A DNA stretch of 64,000 nucleotides from an uncultured candidatus Porisulfidus sp. (GTDB taxonomy: Bacteria; Pseudomonadota; Gammaproteobacteria; Poriferisulfidales; Poriferisulfidaceae), in the NCBI GenBank assembly GCA_965116025.1, contig OZ220480.1, positions 32,001-96,000 of the forward strand. Direction: 5' to 3'. Every line of letters begins with the position of its first letter. Position 1 is the first letter of the stretch. Below are positions 56,191 to 64,000 of this stretch, one piece after another. The position numbers and the translations under genes are program-made. The notes beneath the pieces are model-generated. The model was given only the letters and a program-made list of their open reading frames with translations. It was not told the DNA's origin and made no database searches.

Positions 56191-57762
56191 TCATCCACCC
56201 GAAGCCAGCCCATGATCGCTATAGACTTTGATGTGTTCCCCAGCTATTAGCTCCGGACTATACTCTTTCGCCCTTTCTAACCCTTTCTCCGACATATCTC
56301 GCCGCAATCTCTCTGATCCACGCAAGTGGAGCAATTGCTCCGCCAATGCCTTCGCGTCCCCAGGCTGGACCAAAATCCCACATTCATCAGTGACGACCTC
56401 TGGAATTCCATCCACCCGGCTCGCCACGATAGGAACTCCCGCGCGCAATGCGTCCAGAAGCGTAGATCCCAAAGGCTCGACCAAAGAAGGAAAAGCGAAA
56501 AGATCAAAGGCAGAAATCCATGTGATCGGGTCTTCAACCCAACCCGCGAAATGCACGTTGCTCAGTCCGTCAGATAGCTGACGGAATTCACCTTCCAGAC
56601 GACCGCTCCCCAGCAATACAAATTGGATGTCCTGCGCGTCTCTCTGCAAGAGACGCGCCGCTTGCAGCAGTACGGAATGTCCCTTCTCCGGGCCATCCAT
56701 CGCGGCAACGTGTCCAATGATGAATTTGTCTGGAAACATTCTTTTGATATCCCACACTTTCTTTGGGTCTGGATATTCTGGATTCCAGGCATCTGGAATA
56801 CGGACGATGGAGATATCCGGGAAACGCTCCCTAAGTCCCCCTTCGACCGCCTTCGTCAAGGCAATTACGGTCCGCGCGGCGCGGTATACGGCAGAACTGC
56901 AAAAATTGGATCGCACCGGTTTCGTTAACCGGCGCGTTATCAGGTATGGTTTGCCAAACAGACCTGCGACATACGCCACTTGCGCCGCATGAGCCTCATG
57001 TGCGTGCAGCAAGGCCGCGCCCCGACAAGCGAAAATCGCCGCAACTCGATTTCCTACCTGACGAATTTCCAGATTTTCACCGCTACGAAATCGGCGCGCC
57101 AAGGGTCCGTGTCGCAGAACGATGACGCGTTGTTTAGATATGCCCTGTTTCGCGAGCGCATCAACCAGTATCTTCGTTTGCCGCTCACCCCCTCGTAGCT
57201 TCGGGTCGCGAGCCAAATTAATGTGACATAGCGTAATGTCGTCGCGAACATGTCCTTGATCCCATAATTTAGCGTGATACTCGGGAGACTGCGTCGCGCG
57301 GCGGCGTATCAGCCAGAAAGGCCCGATGAGATTCCGATAGGTTTTTGATTCGTACCAACACTCCCGAAAACGCCAAAAAATACTCCAGACCACCCTAGTA
57401 TCAAACGACAAATCAACTACCAAGTTTCGCGACACTTGCAATTCAAACCAATCTCTGTCGTGCAACCGGAATCTGTCTCGCAACTTGCATGGAGCGACGA
57501 TTTCAATGATATGCAGAGGATAGCCTTTCGCCCGTTTAATCAAGCAACGCATTCCGTCAATTTCACAGGCCCAGAAAAACGCTCGTGGCCCCAGCATGAA
57601 CTCAACCCGCTCCGGGTTAAACCGGATCGGTTTCTCTAACGCCAAATTCAGGCTCCTTCGCTCAGGGGGCCCACCAAAAAAATTGATAAAGGAGAGAGGG
57701 GGAGGAGAATCCTGCTTCGAGTAGATACCACGCCCACTGAGCACGCGACCACGCAAAATCAT
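56191..57762 (-). CDS. GT4 glycosyltransferase with N-terminal CTP-dependent riboflavin-kinase-like domain
   Basis: GGERQT, HAH, KGH, FPSLVEPLGSTLLDA, GIPEVV; N-terminus LRGRVLSGRG..SLNL..IEIVAPCKLRDRFRL.D. Confidence 0.8.
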   Translation of the reverse strand: MILRGRVLSGRGIYSKQDSPPPLSFINFFGGPPERRSLNLALEKPIRFNPERVEFMLGPRAFFWACEIDGMRCLIKRAKGYPLHIIEIVAPCKLRDRFRLHDRDWFELQVSRNLVVDLSFDTRVVWSIFWRFRECWYESKTYRNLIGPFWLIRRRATQSPEYHAKLWDQGHVRDDITLCHINLARDPKLRGGERQTKILVDALAKQGISKQRVIVLRHGPLARRFRSGENLEIRQVGNRVAAIFACRGAALLHAHEAHAAQVAYVAGLFGKPYLITRRLTKPVRSNFCSSAVYRAARTVIALTKAVEGGLRERFPDISIVRIPDAWNPEYPDPKKVWDIKRMFPDKFIIGHVAAMDGPEKGHSVLLQAARLLQRDAQDIQFVLLGSGRLEGEFRQLSDGLSNVHFAGWVEDPITWISAFDLFAFPSLVEPLGSTLLDALRAGVPIVASRVDGIPEVVTDECGILVQPGDAKALAEQLLHLRGSERLRRDMSEKGLERAKEYSPELIAGEHIKVYSDHGLASGG

Positions 57763-57819
57763 GAGTTTATAATGACAACCGCTCCGGCATGGAGATTATT
57801 CGATATGGCTAGAATTAAA

Positions 57820-58811
<992 letters not shown>

Positions 58812-58955
58812 TCTACTTTGCCTAAAAAATTGGCGGTTGGATCGTCCTGAAAACGCTACACTTTCATATTGGTTCTTGCCGCATGGAAGCGCAAACTTGC
58901 TCCAAGATGCACATCGCATGCCTCGCCATCATCCCCCAGCCTTCGGATCCTGAAG

Positions 58956-59278
58956 CCCAGTCTCAACTTTCAAGTGCAACAGCATTGTAATCCAGTGAAG
59001 AGCGGCGAGGACGGTAGGATGACGAAGAGGATCGGGGAAAGCCGGCAAGGGTCGGTCGCGTTCCGTCTGGGGAAGGCCGGCCTTCCCCAGACGGATCAGC
59101 ACCGCGCCGACCTTCCCCCTCGGATTTACAGAAGCCGGGATATCTCCTCCCGCCAAGCGCAAACCACCTCGACTCCGTGCCGAAAAACGCCTCGTTCGGC
59201 GCGCGCCATCCCAAACGGCGCCGAGGCCGGTCGTTCAGGCAATCCTCCACCACCCGCGCCTTCTCCTCTGAGATCGTG
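58956..59278 (-). mobile_element. Degenerate downstream-end remnant of the same IS30 element
   Basis: IR CCCAGTCTCAACTTTCAAGTGCAACA plus diverged transposase C-terminus (ISEEKARVVEDCLNDRPRR). Confidence 0.85.
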
Positions 59279-59610
59279 ATGGGATGGTTCGCCCTGCTTC
59301 CCTGCTTGGCCTTGAGCGAGTGCAATGAGCATATGACCAACCCATCGCGAAAGCGGCACGACCCTTATGAAACAGACTCCACCTCAACTTGCCATCGCCC
59401 ATCTGGGCGTGGACCTGGGCAAACAGGCGTTTCCATGCTTGCGGCATGACGCGCGCCGGCAGGATCGTGCTGGAGAGGCGGTTCACGCGGGCTTAGTTGG
59501 AACGCTTCGCGGAGGAGCTGCCGCCGTGTCGGGTCGGGCTGGAGGCCTGCGGCGGCGCGCATCATTGGGCGCGGCTGTTCCGGCGTCAGGGGCATGACGC
59601 GCGGCTGTAT
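59279..59610 (+). mobile_element. IS110 family (IS1111 group) left end and frameshifted transposase 5' fragment
   Basis: LGVDLGK, RVGLEACGGAHHWAR; subterminal ATGGTTCGCCC at 59284. Confidence 0.75.
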
Positions 59611-59888
59611 CACAAGGCGCGGGCGGCGCTGGTTCGGGAGGCACCTCCGCGCCGCTTCCGGCCGCGGAGCCGGCGGCCATTCTTCCCCACGAACGCCCGT
59701 CGGCGCCACGGACGGCCCGAAATCATGCGAAAATCCTCCGCGCGGGGGTTTTATGCCAAGCACTAGATATTCTCTGAATAATCCCATCCATGGTATTATT
59801 CATTGCCCGGATTCGATGACTTGCGCCATCGAATCTAGCGGCACATCTGGAAGCTCTGGCTTGATCAGAGCTTCCCTAGCGTATTGAT

Positions 59889-60305
59889 ATGAGGGAGGAA
59901 TTTCAAAGGACCGTTGAACACCTGAAAATGGTACAAGGCGTTGTTACCCACATGGCGGGTAACAGTGCGCAAATGAAGACATGGACCGTATCTCTGGTTA
60001 CTGCGTGCCTCGTCTTTTCGGGGCTATCAGATGACCCACACTGGTTGATTGGTGCTGGGGGCTGCGTTTCGGTCATCGCCTTCTGGACGATGGATGCCAG
60101 ATACCTTCACCTTGAGAGGTGTTACGTCAAGCTCCATGAAGCTCTTGTTTCCAGAGAGCCAGTCGAACCTTTTGATCTGGATTATCGATCTTACTCGGCG
60201 AGAGTTGATTCTGTCTATAGGATTGCGTGTTCTTGGTCCGTCAGTACATTTTACGGTTCCCTACTCGTAGTGATGATCGCGCTACTTGTATATCTCGCAC
60301 TTTGA
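59889..60305 (+). CDS. Small multi-TM membrane protein, candidate defence effector
   Basis: HLKMVQGVVTHMAGNS..K.W, FWTMDARYL.LER; about three hydrophobic segments; directly upstream of a TIR gene. Confidence 0.65.
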   Translation: MREEFQRTVEHLKMVQGVVTHMAGNSAQMKTWTVSLVTACLVFSGLSDDPHWLIGAGGCVSVIAFWTMDARYLHLERCYVKLHEALVSREPVEPFDLDYRSYSARVDSVYRIACSWSVSTFYGSLLVVMIALLVYLAL

Positions 60306-60314
60306 GGAAGCACG

Positions 60315-60572
60315 ATGGCACGAAGAGTCTTCTTTAGTTTCAAGTACGAGCCAGACGTTTTCCGCGCGATGGTCGTACGAAACAGTTGGGTAACACAAGG
60401 CAAGGAAGCTACCAGGTTCGTGGATGCCGCCAATTTCGAGAAATTAAAAAAACAGGGGGATTCGTCCAAGGTCAGGATGTCTGATCTTAGCTCTTTCGCC
60501 AAATCTCGGACAAATCTGGCTTTCTCAGCATCAGTGGCAGACATATCTTCGTTTCGCTCGTCAGTCCAATAG
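60315..60572 (+). pseudogene. Truncated ThsB-like (MTH538/DUF1863) TIR protein
   Basis: MARRVFFSF.Y..DVFRAMVVRNSW..F.DAA.FEKLKKQGD; similarity ends at about 60462 before the catalytic Glu. Confidence 0.75.
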
Positions 60573-60932
60573 ACTCTTTAGATTTTCCCAATTCCAGCGA
60601 TAAAGTCTCCCTGCATAAGGTACAGCGGTATAGTCTCCATTCTTATAACCGATAATCTGAACGATGTGCTTGTTGGCACTTCGTGCCATTTGGACTTCTT
60701 TTAGAACTCCATGCGCGAGATGCGTATTAGGCCCTACCATTACAATCACAATGTCAGACCGTTTTATCGCCGTATTGGCTTTTTCCTCCCAGTTTCTTTC
60801 AGGAGCAGCTTCCTTCAACGAATGATCTACGACCTCAAATGGCGAGTCAGGCAACTTGGATTGACCAATAATGAAGTCTTTCAACCGCCTATCGTTGTCA
60901 AAATCAAAACTTACAAACACTCGTTTCTTCAC
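60561..60932 (-). CDS. ThsB-like (MTH538/DUF1863) TIR domain protein
   Basis: GTG start after GGAGGGAG; KKRVFVSFDFDND..DHSLKE..IKRSDIVIVMVG..T..GVLKEV..WNWENL. Confidence 0.85.
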   Translation of the reverse strand: MKKRVFVSFDFDNDRRLKDFIIGQSKLPDSPFEVVDHSLKEAAPERNWEEKANTAIKRSDIVIVMVGPNTHLAHGVLKEVQMARSANKHIVQIIGYKNGDYTAVPYAGRLYRWNWENLKSLLD

Positions 60933-60949
60933 AATTCTTTTCTCCCTCC

Positions 60950-62296
60950 CCGTTTGAACTCCGAAGTGCATAAGCCCCCAGTGGTGGGCGGCGCACTTCT
61001 TTCCAAGGGGGGATGATAGCAGAAGACGATGGTGGGGCGAGAGAGCGGGCGGGATTTCGCAGTGAGGGCGGAGCCCGAACGGAGAAATCCCGCCCGACGC
61101 CCGGAACGCCCCCTCGCGGCGGCGCGGCAGGGCGCCCGCCGGACGCGTCTCGAGCCGCGCGCGGGCTGCCCCTCTCCGATCCAGAGGACCCTGACCCCCG
61201 ACCCCGCTCAGCCGGAAGAGGTCGCCTCCAGCGCCTCGTGGAACGCCTCCGCTGGCGTCCGATAGCCAAGCGCCCGCCGGGGGCGGGCGTTCAGCCGATC
61301 CTGCACTTGCCGAACCTCCGCCGGCATCACCGCCCGCAGGTCCGTCGACTTCGGGAAACGCTCCCGCACCAGCCCGTTCGTATGCTCGTTCAGGCCGCGC
61401 TCCCACGAGTGGTACGGCCGAGCGAAGAAGAACAGCGCCGACAGCGCCTGGGCGATCTTCGCATGGCCGGCGAACTCCTTGCCGTTGTCGGCGGTGATCG
61501 TGTGCGCCAGCGCCTTCACCGGAGCCAGGCGGGCGCTCACCGCGGCGCTCACCGCCGACGCGGTGCGAGCCGGAACCCAGTGAAGCGGCGTGAACTTCGT
61601 CGCGCGCTCCACCAGCGAGACCAGCGCCCCGCGCTGCCGCGCGCCGATGATCGTGTCGACCTCCCAGTCGCCAACGCGGCTCTTCTCCTCGACCACCGCC
61701 GGACGCTCCGAGATGTCCACGCGCCCGGGGATCACGCCCCGGCCGCAGCCGTCTCGCCCGCGCCGGTTCGCCTTCTTCCCTCGGCGCCGAAGGAGCCGGT
61801 GCAGCTTCCCGCCCGCTTTCCGGTCCGCCCACGCATGGTGGTGGATCCACGCCGCGCTGACCTTGAGCGTCCCTTCCCGCAACAGCCGCCCCGCCACCTG
61901 TTGCGGACTGTGGCCGAGCGACAGCCGCTCCCCCACCAGATCCCATAGCCCCTCGACATCTCGCACGGAACCGAGGACGCTTGATGGCGCCGCCGTTCCG
62001 ACATCTCATGCGCCTGCTCGGGACAGTACCCTTGCTCTCCAGCGTTCCGCTTCAGCTCGCGGCTCACCGTCGATCGCGAGCAGTCGACCAGCGCCGCGAT
62101 GTCCTGTTGCGGCAGCCCGCTGTCATGACAAGCTCGGATCTGGCGCCGAGCCGCGTAATCCAGATGACGATACCCTTTGGGCATGGGGGACCCTCCTTGT
62201 CTTGCCGACAGAGAGCGTCGCCGCTTCCCACGCGATCCGCAACGCGGAGCGAGTTTTCCGCGCTACCATAAGGCTATGCACTTCAGAGTTTAACGG
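60950..62296 (-). mobile_element. Second, distinct IS30-family element with frameshifted transposase (61208-62184)
   Basis: Imperfect IRs (AACTCYGAAGTGCATA core); STVSRELKRN, GDWEVDTIIG, TADNGKEF, WERGLNEHTNGL; frameshift near 61960. Confidence 0.85.
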
Positions 62297-62304
62297 ACCC
62301 TAAT

Positions 62305-62936
62305 TAGTGCTTGGCAGAAAATTATAACGCCTGCATATCCTCTTGATTCTTATTATTTAAATCCCCATATCCTTAACTGAAGAATCGCCCGGGCCCGGCG
62401 GGTTTCGGCGATTTTCCCCGTTTTCCGGCGATTTCGCCCAAATCTTCGAGGATTCCATGAGACGGTTCGAGACCCCGCAACGCCAGTTCGGCCAGATCGA
62501 GATTCTGGACGTTCAGTTCAACCCCAAGTCGCGCGACGACGTCCCGGCGCTCCTGATGGGGCTGCAGCACCTGTACCGAACGCGGCGCGAGGAGCTGCGC
62601 GCGCTGCTGGACCGCCACATCCTCCCGGACGCGAACCGCCGCGTCGGGCGCCCGGGGATGGACTTGTGGAAGGTTCTGGTTCTGGGCGCGCTCAAGCAGG
62701 GGCTGGGGCGCGACTGGGACCGCCTTCAGGAGTTGGCGAACGAGCATCAGACCTTGCGCGAGATGCTCGGGCATGGCTGGCTCGAGCGCGCGCGCTACGA
62801 GCGGCAGAACCTGATCGACAACGTCAGTTTGATGATGCCGGAGCTGCTGGCGGAGGTGAACGCGCTGCTGGTGGCCAGCGGGCACGAGGTGGCGCGAAAA
62901 AAGCCTGGCGCCGCCTTGGCCGCGCGCGTTGATTCC
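62305..62936 (+). mobile_element. IS5/ISNCY-like element, left end and truncated transposase (from 62457)
   Basis: End TAGTGCTTGGCAGAAA; KSRDDVP..GLQ..GRPGMDLWKVLVLG..LANEH..R.MLGH; breaks off at ..RVDS. Confidence 0.7.
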
Positions 62937-64000
62937 TATATGGTTCGCCCCCTCCCTGCAAGTCGGAAGCTCGAGGCGACGGTCGATCAGCCGCGCGCAT
63001 ATATCCGGCCTCTCGGTGGGAGGACGTCGCCTCCCGGGCCCCGATGGGTTCCGCACGCTCCGGCCTTATCATTCGTACGGCCTCGAAGTCCTAGATCAAC
63101 ATCAGGCTCTCGGAGCGTCGGTCCGACCTGTTCCGCCATCCTTTCGCTTCTTCCCCGCAACCGACCTGGCGGGCATGGCCCGCCGGGATACGGAGGGAAG
63201 CCTCACGTCATGCAGGCTTCCTCCCGATAGGTTCCGCCGCGCCGGAGCAGCGCCCAGACGACGCGGACGTTCTTGTTCGCCAGCGCGACCGCCGCCACGT
63301 TGCTGTGGTGACGTTCCAGCAGGCGGCGAAGCCAGTCGCCGAGCGCGCCCTCGCGCTGGTCCGAGACCCGCAATACCGACCGCGCGCCTTGGATCAGCAG
63401 GCCGCGCAAAGCATCGTCCCCCCGCTTGCTGATCCCTCCGAGCTTCGGCTTTCCGCCGGTGGAATACTGCTTCGGCACCAGGCCGAGGTAGGCGGCCGCC
63501 TCCCGCCCGTTGCGGAACTCGCTGCCGTCGCCCAGCTTCGCGACCAGGGCGCTGGCCGACAGCGCGCCTATGCCCGGGATCGTCATCAGCCGCCGGCAGC
63601 CCGGATCGGCCTCGGCATGCGCCTGGATCCGCGCCCGGCAACTCGCCTCCCGCCGGTCAGCCCCCGCACCTCCTCGTGGCCGTCCGCCAGCGTCTCGCGG
63701 ACTTCCAGAAGCAAGCCGTTCTCGCCGTCCTCCAGGATCTCCGGCAGCCGCGCCCGAAAGACCCCGATCCCTTTCGGCATCACGATCCCGCGCTCCTGCA
63801 GAAATCCTCGCAACTGATTGACCAGCCGGGTGCGGTCCCGCACCAGCCGCTCCCGCGTCCGATGGCATTGCTGGATCGCTTGCTCGGACGGCTCCGCGCC
63901 TCTCGGATCGCCTCCGCGTCGCGCGCGTCGTTCTTGCTCGACTTCACGAACGGCTTCACGAAGGACGGCGCCATCAGCCGCGCGTCGTGTCCCTGACGAC
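62937..64000 (-). mobile_element. IS110 family (IS1111 group) element, frameshifted transposase, runs off the window end
   Basis: VKPFVKSSKNDARDAEAI, LMTIPGIG, YLGLVP.QYSTGG, ISKRGD, ALANK; stop at 63203, then about 265 bp non-coding ending in TATATGGTTCGCCC. Confidence 0.85.

Noticed and set aside
60561-62009. 482-aa apparent IS30-TIR fusion ORF
   Set aside because: The upstream part is an off-frame reading of the IS; the TIR has its own RBS and GTG at 60932.

Overview
High-GC, gammaproteobacterial-type chromosome segment, probably from a sulfur-metabolising organism (tusA, soxY, YeeE, ETHE1-like dioxygenase, SulP). 0.4-8 kb: sulfur/redox genes, including an uncharacterised molybdopterin enzyme plus flavin-ferredoxin reductase pair, and tRNA-Lys. 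8-28.7 kb: uvrA and the complete str/S10/spc/alpha ribosomal cluster on the minus strand; uL23 and uS10 have unusual N-terminal extensions and tuf has a strongly G-skewed codon pattern. 28.9-36.5 kb: a type III R-M locus whose res gene carries a 1332-bp IS30 inserted in frame and without stop codons. 36.6-46.4 kb: gatCAB, mreBCD, rnd and housekeeping genes. 46.7-64 kb: a partly lower-GC accessory region with a DNA methyltransferase-HNH fusion, a surface-glycan cluster (poly-G30 frameshift, IS-disrupted methyltransferase, riboflavin-kinase-like/GT4 fusion), and a Thoeris-like TIR plus membrane-protein cassette buried among nested IS30, IS1111 and IS5/ISNCY-like remnants. All calls come from motif recognition by eye; no searches were run.
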